From: Obrimoposthia wandeli | Taxonomy: Eukaryota | Assembly: GCA_977020255.1 (NCBI GenBank) | Contig: CDROCS010006015.1 | Span: forward strand, 1 to 64,000 | Direction of reading: 5' to 3' | Length of the DNA stretch: 64,000 bases | Part shown: piece after piece, positions 26,792 through 37,299 of the stretch | Numbering within the stretch: the stretch's first letter is position 1 | Layout of the letters: each line of letters opens with the position of its first letter | The notes under the pieces: model-generated | What the model was told of the DNA's origin: nothing | The model's input: the letters and a program-made list of their open reading frames with translations, nothing else | Database searches by the model: none | Program-made: the position numbers and the translations under genes

Positions 26792-27448
26792 TTATTTCCT
26801 CTGTTTAGCCTGCTCAAATACTTCGACGAGTTTACGGTTAACGTCACTTTCACTACTGCCTAATATTTGGCGTTTGGGTAATGTAATATTCCAAGCCGTT
26901 ATATGCGGAAGATTGCTTAGTTCTCTTATTTTTTGCCCTGCTTGACCATGGGTAACGGTGTCCATTAATTGCCGTATACTCGGTTTTTTTCGCCCCTTGC
27001 CTTTTTTGCGCGGCACGGTATAACCCGATTCTCTTAACTTACGAGCTTGCGCTTTAGTGCATGGCGCTGAATAGTCGGGCGTTCCCCAACGTTTTTGCAT
27101 CTGCCGCTTGGTCATTTTTTGCTTTTGGCCAAGATGGTGTCTTGCTGCAATCTTGCCAGTTTGCTTACTGCTCCAAGTAAGATCTAATGTATTGGCGTTC
27201 CTGACATAAGGCGTTAAACCTTTCGCCATTTTCCGCATTACTCTGCCGCGTTTATCGCCTTTTTTTGCTTCTAATGCGCGGCCGTGAATATCTTCTTGTT
27301 GTTGAATGCGTTTACGCACATTCGCTTTTTCCCAACGACCCAAGGTTTTTAATATCCAAATACGCTTATTAGGCGGCAGCGCTAACATGGCAAGCTTCTC
27401 TTGCATGTTGAGCACATCTCTTTGGTTTGCGCTAATCGTCGGTTGCAT
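26792..27448 (-). CDS. Virion morphogenesis / tail completion protein (gpS-like)
   Basis: Basic protein; IAARHH.G and LPKRQILG motifs. Confidence 0.75.
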   Translation of the reverse strand: MQPTISANQRDVLNMQEKLAMLALPPNKRIWILKTLGRWEKANVRKRIQQQEDIHGRALEAKKGDKRGRVMRKMAKGLTPYVRNANTLDLTWSSKQTGKIAARHHLGQKQKMTKRQMQKRWGTPDYSAPCTKAQARKLRESGYTVPRKKGKGRKKPSIRQLMDTVTHGQAGQKIRELSNLPHITAWNITLPKRQILGSSESDVNRKLVEVFEQAKQRK

Positions 27449-27875
27449 TCGCCAACTCCGCTTCTTCTGCGATGTAAACCTCAGCGGCCTGAACTCGATA
27501 CTTAATTCCGCGCCACGTAATCATTCCACATTCAGGATCAGGGATGAGTTCGATAGGCTCCATCAATTCAAGTTCAATTCCCACATCAGCCGACTCATGA
27601 CTAGTCACATCGACAGACAGTGTCGGGTCACCTAGTTCATCTTCGTTACGATCTTCTTCATGATCACTTAGCCAACACGCAACCAGAGCCAGTAAACAGC
27701 GCGGGTCTAACAGCTGATGAGGGAAATCCTCAATATGGATCACTGCGTTGTATTTCCAATGACAAGCGATATAACCGCCGTTTCCTCGGTCTTCACCGTT
27801 CGGCACGATGGTGCCATTTTCTTGCCAGGCATCAATTTTGTTATCAAGCACATTACTGTTTAGGTGACTAATCAT
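27432..27875 (-). CDS. Tail completion protein (gpR-like); start may be a little upstream
   Basis: Position after head completion; acidic. Confidence 0.7.
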   Translation of the reverse strand: MISHLNSNVLDNKIDAWQENGTIVPNGEDRGNGGYIACHWKYNAVIHIEDFPHQLLDPRCLLALVACWLSDHEEDRNEDELGDPTLSVDVTSHESADVGIELELMEPIELIPDPECGMITWRGIKYRVQAAEVYIAEEAELANATDD

Positions 27876-27916
27876 GTAATCAGTCAGATGCTCAAGCTTG
27901 GTTTTGTTATAGGTAA

Positions 27917-28342
27917 TCAGATCACCCCCACCGATACACTGCTTAGGCCGAGCAGCAGTCGGATATCGCGCCCACTTTGTGAGATGAATTCATCAACCTG
28001 TTCAGGTCCATTTTCGGCCAAATTATTTGCTTCTTTGCGACGGTCTTGCGTCGCGAACTCAGGTAACAAATCAGCGTGAGCACGGCCATAAACAGCACGG
28101 CAATAGAGTGCTGTATCTGTTTCATCAAATGTCGGAGGTAAATTTTCATCATCTAACAGTTTGTATAATTGTTTCTGGACTGTCTTAGCTGCAATGCGAA
28201 TAGCCATGACCATCGAATCATTATCAAACGTGGTTGGGATGCGACGCAGCTGGCGAAAATCACCTGTTGATAACGAAGGCCAGCCACGACCATCAATATT
28301 TACACTTTCGTCTACAATCTGTTTACCGCCAAAACTCATCAC
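27917..28342 (-). CDS. Head completion/stabilisation protein (gpL-like)
   Basis: GWP.LS..DF...RRIP and Y.RAVY..A.A.LL motifs. Confidence 0.85.
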   Translation of the reverse strand: MMSFGGKQIVDESVNIDGRGWPSLSTGDFRQLRRIPTTFDNDSMVMAIRIAAKTVQKQLYKLLDDENLPPTFDETDTALYCRAVYGRAHADLLPEFATQDRRKEANNLAENGPEQVDEFISQSGRDIRLLLGLSSVSVGVI

Positions 28343-28464
28343 ATCACCTTTAAAAAATGGGGGCGCCTCTAGCCACTGGGTCGACGGATTAAGCGGAGTA
28401 ATAAATTACTTGCTCATCCTCGCCAGTCGAGGCGCGGTGGCATAGGAGCTGTTAACTAAACAAC

Positions 28465-29181
28465 CTACAGATTCGTTCCTTCAACAAGGGCGCGAATACG
28501 TTGGTCAATCTTGTCTAGCTGTGTCGTTACTTGCGCACCAGAGTGTTGCTTATCAGCTTCTTGTAACAACGCTTTGGCTTTTTTCAATGTTTCTACATCG
28601 GCAACAGAAGACGCTTTTGGCTTGCCGTTTTCGTCACGTAATAAAAACAATCCGGCAAATTTGAAAAACTTAGCGGTTAACGCTTCGTTAATACGCCACT
28701 CTTCACGTACTTTGGTGAATACCTGGCTAAAGTACGGGTCAATTGAATGGCCTTGCGCTGACATGCGTTCAGCCCATTTCAATACTTCATCAGCACAGAA
28801 GGTGGCAAAGTCACGCTTGAAACGTTCCGGCGTATCAATGCCAAATTCAATGGCTTTATCACACCATGCAATAGCTGTTTCTAGATCATCAATATCAAAT
28901 AACCAAATGACCATTTGAGCAAACAACGGGTTATCAAACGGCTCTTCACCTGCAAGGTATTCTTCAACCGCAGGGCGATATTTGGGCACTAACACATCGC
29001 GCTTGTGCTCAATTTTATCTTCACGACGATTAAAGCCTTTTAGCACCTTGATATCGTTTTCCATTTCAGCAAGCAACAAGTGCAAGCTTCGAGGCTCAGC
29101 ACCAGACGTCTTAGCCTGATGTCGCGATGGTTCCAGCTTTTTCAGTATTGCGTTGCGTTGCTTTCGTAATGGGCTAACCAT
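28465..29181 (-). CDS. Terminase endonuclease subunit (gpM-like)
   Basis: IWLFDI.D...AI.W...AIE.G...P..F motif. Confidence 0.85.
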   Translation of the reverse strand: MVSPLRKQRNAILKKLEPSRHQAKTSGAEPRSLHLLLAEMENDIKVLKGFNRREDKIEHKRDVLVPKYRPAVEEYLAGEEPFDNPLFAQMVIWLFDIDDLETAIAWCDKAIEFGIDTPERFKRDFATFCADEVLKWAERMSAQGHSIDPYFSQVFTKVREEWRINEALTAKFFKFAGLFLLRDENGKPKASSVADVETLKKAKALLQEADKQHSGAQVTTQLDKIDQRIRALVEGTNL

Positions 29182-29193
29182 ATGACTCTCCTA

Positions 29194-30204
29194 CTACGCG
29201 GGTGCTACAGGTTCTACAATTTCAACAGCTTCAATTGCTGCGAACTTGTCATAATCACCAACCGCGTAACCTTCCATGCGCAGGAATGACGTTTCATATT
29301 GCTTACGGTCTTCTTCATTGCGAGATTTACGCCATTGCGTGCCCTTTTGGGTCAACACTTGAAGATTTGCCAATGTAGTTATCCAAACCATCGTTGCAGG
29401 GAAAAACGGTGGGGTATAGGCTGTTAAACCTGCCACTGTTTTCGCCAATGTTTGCGCCGCTTTATGTTCAGTCGGAGTGCTTGCTGCTTCAAGTAAACGA
29501 TGCTGTTCTGCAGCAACCAAATCACGACCAATTAAAACAACGAGGTCAGGACTACCTTGATGTACTTCATTAATGACGTTATTTGATAAATCATTCACTA
29601 ATGAATCGAGGTTTTTATAAGAATCTGCAGTAACACCCGTTGGATCTAATTTTGCAGACGCAAGTACCTGGGCAGCGGCTTTTTCTTTCGCCAGCTGTAA
29701 CCAACCTTTATTTACGTCTTGGCCAAGCGGGTATGTTCCCGGATCAGTTGTTTCCGCAATACTGATACCATTAAAACCAATACGCAGCATGTCGAGTGCA
29801 AAATTACGCGTGATAGCACTGTTCATTAATTTAATAAACTCGCCAGCAGTACCTGAGTTCGCCCACTGGGTTAGTGTTGTCCAGGCAACAGCAGCACCCG
29901 AATCGGTCTCGGTTAACTCATAGGTATTTTCAGCATGACCAAGCGTGGCACTGAATCGACCCGTTTTACTGCGACCAGTTAGTAAGCCGCCAGTACCAAC
30001 ATCGATAACACGACCTTTAATTTGGTCTACAGGGATCATTGATATCATTTTTAAAAATGAGTCAGCATGCATGATTGCTAGGCGTAGTTTCGTTTCCATT
30101 GGTGGCGCAATTGAAAACTGCTTTGTTGCGTCAGGAACGCCAGCTGCAGTCGCAACTGCAATTGAATATTTTTCTAAAAAGCCACTTGCTAGTGCACTAA
30201 ACAT
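29194..30204 (-). CDS. P2-family major capsid protein (gpN-like)
   Basis: F.I.PPMETKL, ALDMLRIGFNG and QDVNKGWLQ motifs. Confidence 0.95.
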   Translation of the reverse strand: MFSALASGFLEKYSIAVATAAGVPDATKQFSIAPPMETKLRLAIMHADSFLKMISMIPVDQIKGRVIDVGTGGLLTGRSKTGRFSATLGHAENTYELTETDSGAAVAWTTLTQWANSGTAGEFIKLMNSAITRNFALDMLRIGFNGISIAETTDPGTYPLGQDVNKGWLQLAKEKAAAQVLASAKLDPTGVTADSYKNLDSLVNDLSNNVINEVHQGSPDLVVLIGRDLVAAEQHRLLEAASTPTEHKAAQTLAKTVAGLTAYTPPFFPATMVWITTLANLQVLTQKGTQWRKSRNEEDRKQYETSFLRMEGYAVGDYDKFAAIEAVEIVEPVAPA

Positions 30205-31127
30205 TAAATAGCCTCCACGTTGGTGTCATCGGCACCTTCACCAGCGTTACGCTGACCGGGTACTTCTTTTTTTAAATCGCTAAACTGGGTGTCTAACTCA
30301 CCTTGTTTGGTGAGTACATTATCGACCTTACTCATTAACGTGCTAAATTGTTCGGCTGTCATACCAGCGTTACCCGTTGGTTCTGTCTTATCTTTATCAT
30401 CAGCAATATTGGGTTTATCACTAGTGTTGGCAGTTGGGTTTTTCAGCTTTTTAGCAAATTCAGTCTGGTTTGTTTCTAGTTCAGACTGTTTTGTTTCAAT
30501 GGTATTTAGTTTGCCCATCAACGTGGCGAACTGTTCTTTATCCATGGTTTCGTCTTCCTGTTGTTGAGGTTCGGCTTCAAGTGCTGGCAGTTTTCCGCCA
30601 GTTTCAAAGAAGTGTGCAATTGTAGAAAATGCTTTTGCCAGTGGATTGAGCGTGACGCATTCAGAAAAATCAATTTCTTCTAGTTCGCTATACTCGTGGC
30701 TGCATTCTTCACCACACCCCTTTGAAAATTTTAAACGTGTTGTACCTGTTGATGCGGGTGAGTCAGTCACCGCCAGTCCCATCAGGTAACAACGACCTTC
30801 GCCTTTGTAGTCAGGGTTTGGCTCAATGGATGTAAAAAGCTTTTGCCCTTCTGCATTCGCTTTTAATAAATGGGCATTGGGCGTAATTTTGGCTAACAAA
30901 CGTAGTTTGCCTGCACGCTTTTCGGCTTTAATTTCTTCGACAGTACCCCAGTTTTTACCTTCGTACTTGTCCCAGCGCGAGCGACTGTGTTCCGGCCAAA
31001 TCAACGCTGTGTATTCATCAGATGAATATAATGCAGCCATATCTTTGATCCAGTTAGTAGTGATGGCACGACCATCAACCGTCGCGCCTTCTGTTGCTAC
31101 TATTTTCCAATCACTCGTTTTACTCAT
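30204..31127 (-). CDS. Capsid scaffolding protein/protease (gpO-like)
   Basis: VATEGATVDGR.I and YL.GLAVTDSPAS.GT motifs. Confidence 0.95.
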   Translation of the reverse strand: MSKTSDWKIVATEGATVDGRAITTNWIKDMAALYSSDEYTALIWPEHSRSRWDKYEGKNWGTVEEIKAEKRAGKLRLLAKITPNAHLLKANAEGQKLFTSIEPNPDYKGEGRCYLMGLAVTDSPASTGTTRLKFSKGCGEECSHEYSELEEIDFSECVTLNPLAKAFSTIAHFFETGGKLPALEAEPQQQEDETMDKEQFATLMGKLNTIETKQSELETNQTEFAKKLKNPTANTSDKPNIADDKDKTEPTGNAGMTAEQFSTLMSKVDNVLTKQGELDTQFSDLKKEVPGQRNAGEGADDTNVEAI

Positions 31128-31212
31128 AAGCCCACTTTATGTTTTAAATTTATAACTGTGTCGTCAGTGAACCCAACAATACGCTTTTAAATGATGCTGT
31201 TCAGCTAGTTCT

Positions 31213-31257
31213 ATTCCGCTGAATTCCGTTTTCAGCGTTTCTGGAACTGAGCGGAAT
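31213..31257. promoter_or_regulatory. Inverted repeat in the divergent late promoter region
   Basis: ATTCCGCT-N29-AGCGGAAT with internal ATTCCG/TGGAA copies between the gpO and gpP starts. Confidence 0.4.
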
Positions 31258-31323
31258 TTCACTTAAGTATTTGCCGTTTTCTCAGCGGTATGATGTAAAA
31301 ACGTAAACACAGAAAGGGCAAAC

Positions 31324-33099
31324 ATGGCGTATTCACCAGAAATAAGACAAGCTGCACGTGCGTTGTATTTGAAGGCTTGGACACCAAAAGAAGTCGCTAG
31401 AGAACTGAGTCTCGCAAATGAACGTATTGTTTATTACTGGGCTGACCGATACGGTTGGCGAGATATGCTGCGGGAACACACTGTTGACGAAGCCATTTCA
31501 ACGCGCATTCAAGCGATTCTTGAAAACCCCGAGCCGAGTAAATCACAACTCGACTTGCTGGATCGCTTAATCAAACACCATACGAACCTGAAAAAGCTTC
31601 GTACTCAAGAGCAATCCCGAGAAAGCCAGCCTGACGGGGACAATAAAAAAGAAAGACGCAATAGCGGTAAGTCCCGACAAAACAACGCGGCGGAAAGTCC
31701 GAAGAAGAAAAAAGCCGGTAAGAATAACATTGAGCATTTAACACCTGAAGATTTTGAAGACTGGCATTCGTCGTTATTTGAATACCAGTTAACAATGCGA
31801 GATAACCTGTCACAACGTATCCGCAATATTCTTAAATCACGCCAAATCGGTGCGACTTATTATTTTAGTGGCGAGGCGTTGGAAGACGCGATATTAACCG
31901 GCGATAATCAGATTTTTCTGTCGGCATCACGCGCCCAGGCGGAAGTGTTTCGCAGTTACATTATTGCTATTGCCGATAATTTCTTTGGGGTACAACTCAC
32001 TGGTAACCCAATTATTTTATCGAATGGTGCTGAACTTCGATTTTTATCAACAAATTCGAAAACGGCGCAAAGTTATCATGGCCATGTTTATGTTGATGAG
32101 TATTTTTGGATCCCCAAATTTGAAGAGTTAAATAAACTTGCCTCGGCGATGGCGACACATACAAAATGGCGAAAGACCTATTTTTCAACCCCATCATCAA
32201 AGACCCATCAGGCTTACCCTTTTTGGACTGGTGATAGTTGGCGGCGTGGTAAAGAAAGTCGTGAACGCATTGAATTTCCAACTAACAAGCAAATGCAGAA
32301 AGGCATCGTTTGCCCCGACAAGCAATGGCGCTACATAGTCACCATTGAAGATGCTGTCGCTGGCGGGTGCGGTCTCTTTGATATTGAAGAATTACGCGAT
32401 GAATACAGCCACGCAGATTTTCAAAATCTATTTATGTGTGTCTTTGTTGATGGCGCCAGCTCTGTTTTCCAATTTTGTCACCTTGAACGTTGCATGGTTG
32501 ATATCTCGCATTGGCAAGATTTAAAACAAAAAGATAAACGCCCCTTTGGGCATCGGGAAGTATGGCTTGGTTATGATCCCTCACGAACGCGGGACAATGC
32601 CTGCCTTGTTGCAGTGGCGCCGCCGATTGTGGCCCCCGAAAAATTCCGCGTGCTCGAGAAGATTTATTGGAAAGGCCTTAATTTTCAGTATCAATTTTCT
32701 CAAATAATTAAGTTCTTTGAGCGTTATAACGTCACGTACCTAGGCGTTGATACCACGGGGATTGGTGCGGGGGTATGGGATTTAATCCATAAAAAATACC
32801 CACGTGAAGCGCACGCAATTCATTACAGCAATGAAAGCAAAAACCGACTAGTCATGAAAATGATTGATGTCATTGAAAGTAACCGGCTGCAATTTGATGC
32901 TGAACATAAAGATATAGCGATGGCATTCATGGCAATAAAACGTGCATCAACACATTCAGGCAATGCAATGACCTTTAAAGCAGAACGCAGTGAATTAACA
33001 GGCCATGCCGATGCGTTCTGGGCCATTGCTCATGCCGTTATCAATGAACCGCTTGATCACAACTCTAAAACTAAATCAACTTGGGCAACCGCAGCATGA
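31324..33099 (+). CDS. Terminase ATPase subunit (gpP-like) with an N-terminal HTH
   Basis: KSRQIGAT Walker A, YVDE Walker B, GYDP and HADAFWA motifs. Confidence 0.95.
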   Translation: MAYSPEIRQAARALYLKAWTPKEVARELSLANERIVYYWADRYGWRDMLREHTVDEAISTRIQAILENPEPSKSQLDLLDRLIKHHTNLKKLRTQEQSRESQPDGDNKKERRNSGKSRQNNAAESPKKKKAGKNNIEHLTPEDFEDWHSSLFEYQLTMRDNLSQRIRNILKSRQIGATYYFSGEALEDAILTGDNQIFLSASRAQAEVFRSYIIAIADNFFGVQLTGNPIILSNGAELRFLSTNSKTAQSYHGHVYVDEYFWIPKFEELNKLASAMATHTKWRKTYFSTPSSKTHQAYPFWTGDSWRRGKESRERIEFPTNKQMQKGIVCPDKQWRYIVTIEDAVAGGCGLFDIEELRDEYSHADFQNLFMCVFVDGASSVFQFCHLERCMVDISHWQDLKQKDKRPFGHREVWLGYDPSRTRDNACLVAVAPPIVAPEKFRVLEKIYWKGLNFQYQFSQIIKFFERYNVTYLGVDTTGIGAGVWDLIHKKYPREAHAIHYSNESKNRLVMKMIDVIESNRLQFDAEHKDIAMAFMAIKRASTHSGNAMTFKAERSELTGHADAFWAIAHAVINEPLDHNSKTKSTWATAA

Positions 33100-34121
33100 C
33101 CGATAAACAAATAATTAACGATGAAGTACATGATGAACCAAACAATGAAAGTGTAATGTTCAGCTTTGGTGGGCCAGAAGTCATGAATAACGGCTTTAAC
33201 AATTATGAATACAGTGAATTATTTTATAATGATGGAGGTGATTACTGGGAACCACCTCTCGATAGAATGGGACTAAACAAACTCACCCGCGCCAACGCCT
33301 ATCACGGCTCTATCCTGATAGCACGGCGCAATATGATTGCGGGTCGATTTGTCAAAGGTGGCATGCAAACACAACAGGTTCAATCTCTTGTAAATGATTA
33401 CTTGGAGTTTGGCGATGTTGCCGTTGTAAAAATTCGAAATCACTTTAACCAGGTAGTGGATCTGCACCCGCTGCCATCCGCATACATCCGTAAAAACAAA
33501 AAAGGCAATTTTGTCTTGTTGGAACGTGATGATAAAAAGCGTAAATATAAAAAAGAAGATATCATTTTCATCAAGCAATATGATGCCATTCAACAGGTTT
33601 ACGGGGGTCCCGATTACCTTGGGTGTGTTCAATCTGCATTACTGAGTACTGATGCTACGTCATTTAGACGCCGCTATTATAAAAACGGTTTGCACATGGG
33701 GTTTATCTTTTACGCTACCGACCCGAATTTAAGCACGGAAGATGAAGCCGATCTCAAAGAGAAAATGTCTTCTAGTCGTGGGGTTGGTAACTTTCGCTCT
33801 ATGTTTGTCAATATTCCCAATGGTAAAGAAAAAGGTATTCAGTTAATTCCAGTGGGTGACATTGCCACTAAAGACGAATTTGACAAAATAAAAAGCGTGT
33901 CAGCGCAAGAGGTATTAACAGGCCATCGTTACCCCGTAGAGCTGGCCGCTATCATTCCGAACGGCGGCACGCGTGGTGACCCTATCAAGTTTAATTTTGT
34001 TTATAACAAAAACGAAGTTATCCCCGCCTGTAAAATAATCATGGATGCAGTCAATAACGACCCCGAAATACCTAACCAGCTTAAACTAGAGTTTGATTTA
34101 AAAAATACCATGACCGAATAG
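33081..34121 (+). CDS. Portal protein (gpQ/PBSX family); start probably 33096
   Basis: YY.NG.HMGFI.Y and G.GNFRSMF...P.GKEKG motifs. Confidence 0.95.
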   Translation: MGNRSMTDKQIINDEVHDEPNNESVMFSFGGPEVMNNGFNNYEYSELFYNDGGDYWEPPLDRMGLNKLTRANAYHGSILIARRNMIAGRFVKGGMQTQQVQSLVNDYLEFGDVAVVKIRNHFNQVVDLHPLPSAYIRKNKKGNFVLLERDDKKRKYKKEDIIFIKQYDAIQQVYGGPDYLGCVQSALLSTDATSFRRRYYKNGLHMGFIFYATDPNLSTEDEADLKEKMSSSRGVGNFRSMFVNIPNGKEKGIQLIPVGDIATKDEFDKIKSVSAQEVLTGHRYPVELAAIIPNGGTRGDPIKFNFVYNKNEVIPACKIIMDAVNNDPEIPNQLKLEFDLKNTMTE

Positions 34122-34576
34122 ATTATTTATTGCTGACGGAAAACAGGAAATAACCTGCTTTCCGTGGGTCTGATTTGTGGATAAATAGCAATTTAGCCGC
34201 CATTATCGAGTCTGATTTTTTGAAATTTACTTTTTAGCCTGAAATCACCTCTCAGCCCTTATAGCAATTGGCTTGGTCTAATTATTATTTCGGTGGTATT
34301 TAAAATAAAAAATCACTTAAAAGCCCACGTAAAATCATTGAAAAAGTTAACATTCAATAACTTAACATATGATAACGCAGGGTTTAAATGTAATAAAATC
34401 ACAATAAACTGTAATTTCTTTCAATTGTTGAAATTTTAAAAGGACGCTTGAGAGCCATTTTAAGCGTCTTTAAATTCTCTAACACCCCGCACAGCATAAG
34501 GGCTCGTTGATAGCTTCACGAAATCGCCAACCCCATTAACTGAAGAATTTAAAACTGAAATAAAAACAAATATAAA

Positions 34577-34600
34577 GCGTCGCAGGTGGGGAGGAGGAGT
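34577..34600. other. Candidate cos region
   Basis: GCGTCGCAGGTGGGGAGGAGGAGT downstream of the portal, where P2 cos lies; G-run resembles the P2 cohesive end GGCGAGGCGGGGAAAGCAC. Confidence 0.4.
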
Positions 34601-34697
34601 ATTTTTTCCGTGTCGTTTGCTTTGTTTTCTTGAGCGTTTTAAATCACTCATGTAACTCGCTTACAGAATCTACGCGCACGTGCAGCGCCGCACCTAA

Positions 34698-34713
34698 CTG
34701 TATAAAAACACAG
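34698..34713. promoter_or_regulatory. LexA box upstream of ogr (copy B)
   Basis: CTGTATAAAAACACAG. Confidence 0.8.
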
Positions 34714-34762
34714 CTCTTTAATATATAATAAAGGGGTCAGTCAGTGAGCCAATGGATGTGTT

Positions 34763-35014
34763 ATGCGAGTACTCTGCCCAGAGTGTGGTGATAAAAGCCG
34801 GATTCAAAAAACGAATAGAATTTCTAATAGTTATACCGATTTATACTGCAGCTGCAGTGACCCTGAATGTGGCCACTCTTTTGTAATGAATCTTAGTTTC
34901 AGTCATACGCTGAGCCCATCAGCTAAAAGTACGTCTCAAATGGCGATGGATCTGATGAGAACGTTAGCACCCAAACAACGCCAAGAGTTACAGCTACAGA
35001 TGGCTTATCTTTAG
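34763..35014 (+). CDS. ogr: Ogr/Delta activator (copy B)
   Basis: C4 motif; several substitutions versus copy A. Confidence 0.9.
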   Translation: MRVLCPECGDKSRIQKTNRISNSYTDLYCSCSDPECGHSFVMNLSFSHTLSPSAKSTSQMAMDLMRTLAPKQRQELQLQMAYL

Positions 35015-35019
35015 GCAAC

Positions 35020-35049
35020 AAAAAGCCCTCAACATTGAGGGCTTTGTTT
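35020..35049 (+). terminator. Terminator after ogr (copy B)
   Basis: Same hairpin as 435-465. Confidence 0.8.
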
Positions 35050-35230
35050 ATTAATGCAAACAACTTCTACACTTCTTACTGTATAAAATACCAATTGTTT
35101 CATGATCACATTTGAGATAATGTGAGTATATATAATATTTTTATTGTCCTATATTTACTATATATATGTTAGCGAGTATAATTCGCGGCACATTTTCATG
35201 ACAATACGACGCACTGCTAGGAAGGTATAT

Positions 35231-35417
35231 ATGTCTTTTTTTCAATCGTAAAAATTCACCTGAAGATGATACTGAACGCCTTCTAAAAATAATGGCGAAG
35301 AATCGTGATCGCGTAACTATCAGTGATAGTGGCGTAATTCGCGTCAATCTAAATAACGCGGACGTTAAAAGAAAAATCCGTGAACAATTCGATAAGTTAA
35401 AAGCACTAGAGGTTTAA
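35231..35417 (+). pseudogene. Copy of the 61-aa moron gene with an apparent +1 frameshift
   Basis: T7 instead of T6 after ATGTC; probably a sequencing error. Confidence 0.6.
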
Positions 35418-35419
35418 TA

Positions 35420-36237
35420 GTGCTAGTCATTGTCATGGTCATTTTAATTGCAGGTTACCTTTTTCGTCTCAACACCTTACATCTAGTTATCAGCTTAATC
35501 GTACCTCTGGTTGGCACTCTTACTTTTATGTTGCTGCAAAGGGGTTTGGTTTAGTATTATCAGCCTCATTGCATGTCTTTTCAAGTTGATTATAAAAACT
35601 ATACTTCTGAATTCTTAATTTACATCGATCTCCACCTCACAGATATCGATAATATGTTTATATCCCTTAAAACATAAAAAATAGGTGCGTGGGGACTGCT
35701 AACAATGGGTCTTGCGTTTATTTCTGGCAAAATATCTAAATTCTATTACTCCAAATTTGAATCAAAAAAAGATGCTAAACTGCTTAAATTAGTCAGTGAT
35801 AACAATTTAGAATTTTTCATATTTGAAGCAACATTCCGCCAGTTCCTATCGTTTTAACTCTTAGTTCGCGTAAAACATACGTTGGTTTATGCATGGGGGA
35901 TGAACTAGCTAATGGCGAAATTGAACATATTGCTATTATCCCATTATTAAGCGGCTATAGAGATAAAGATGACTTATCGTTAAACGTAACAACCAATTAC
36001 CAAACTCATTTTGAGGATGAGAAGATCGATGAGGAAGGTTACGGGGGTGAGCTAACAATTAATGATTTTAGATTTATAATTCCTAAAGAAAACGTCGAAT
36101 CATTTTCTTTCTTTGATCTTGACACTTTCATAAAATTTAAAAAATAGAAAAAGAAAAAAAAACTCAAGATGCTAAATAACAATGCTTACCCCAACTACAG
36201 CGTTGAAAATTTCAATGGGAAGCCTCCTGTACTTTAA
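35420..36237 (+). pseudogene. Copy of the 272-aa membrane moron gene with several indels
   Basis: Near-identical to 836-1654 apart from homopolymer indels. Confidence 0.7.
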
Positions 36238-36289
36238 CGCTTCAATCTTTTATCAGGTCACCAAATTGATGACCTGATAAAAGCCATAT

Positions 36290-36632
36290 TTAATTCTTAT
36301 TACAAACAAGTAAGTCACCACAACAAAGAGCATAATGATCACTTGATAACTCAGCCAAGATCACCGATTTTTGCCCAACAGAGTATTCACTTAAATCTTT
36401 CTCGAAAACGCCAACTTCAGAATTTTCAACACCAATCTTGATTTCATCCACTACGGCACTAATCGTAAACATATCGAATACGGCCATGCATATCGTATCC
36501 ATTCTTTTCTGCAGTTCTCTTACAATATCGTCTGCCGTTTCTGGTTCGCCTGGGTTACCAAAACCTGAAAAAGAAATCGCCAAATTCTGAATCTACTAAG
36601 TTTTTAATTTTCTGTAACATCTTCAACTCCAT
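36290..36632 (-). pseudogene. Copy of 1709-2050 with a 1-bp insertion
   Basis: Extra A in an A-run near 36570. Confidence 0.6.
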
Positions 36633-36792
36633 TATTAGCTAGGCTATGGCATTTTCTTTTGCCTACAAACTCCCGAAAAGATTCGTTTCGTCTACGGTCT
36701 ATAAAAGCTACAGCAGCTATTACAGAAACAAACAATACTGTGACAAAAATTAGTGCCGACAGAATCCATACATCAACGTGTTCACATACCAT
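36604..36792 (-). CDS. Small single-TM phage protein (copy B)
   Basis: Identical to 2022-2210. Confidence 0.65.
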   Translation of the reverse strand: MVCEHVDVWILSALIFVTVLFVSVIAAVAFIDRRRNESFREFVGKRKCHSLANNGVEDVTEN

Positions 36793-37119
36793 AAGTCACC
36801 TATTATTTAAGCAGACGATCTAAGTCTACTAAATTAAATATTTCCCAAGCCTCTTGGAGATATACATCAACGTATCTCCCAGCTCACCTTGTTCGAAGCA
36901 ATACCCTTCTTCTTTGCTGCATTTTCAAAGGCTGATTTCCTCTCTTCATAAGTCATCAAAATTCCCTCTTTTGGCCAACATAGATAAAAATAACTATGCT
37001 GCAGCGTGTATATTTCTAACCCCAATCCCACGATTCCCAACCTGGTATGTAATCGGATGTATCTTTAATTTCAGTTTCAGGGCTGTTCAACTCCATTATT
37101 TATTAAGCTGTAATTCGCA

Positions 37120-37299
37120 TTATGCGTTTGAATTAAAACGGTGCTTACTAAGCTCTAGCGTTAATCGAATAAGTGATTTAATCACCTCTTCATTATCAGC
37201 GTGTTGAGATACGTAAATAAGCATTTCACCATTTTTCTGGAATTTACAAGATAACGCTTGGCACTCCACGTTCGCTACTGACTTTAATTCTTTATGCAT
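37120..37299 (-). CDS. 59-aa protein after rep (copy B); in frame with the rep C-terminus here
   Basis: Homolog of 2539-2718. Confidence 0.55.
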   Translation of the reverse strand: MHKELKSVANVECQALSCKFQKNGEMLIYVSQHADNEEVIKSLIRLTLELSKHRFNSNA

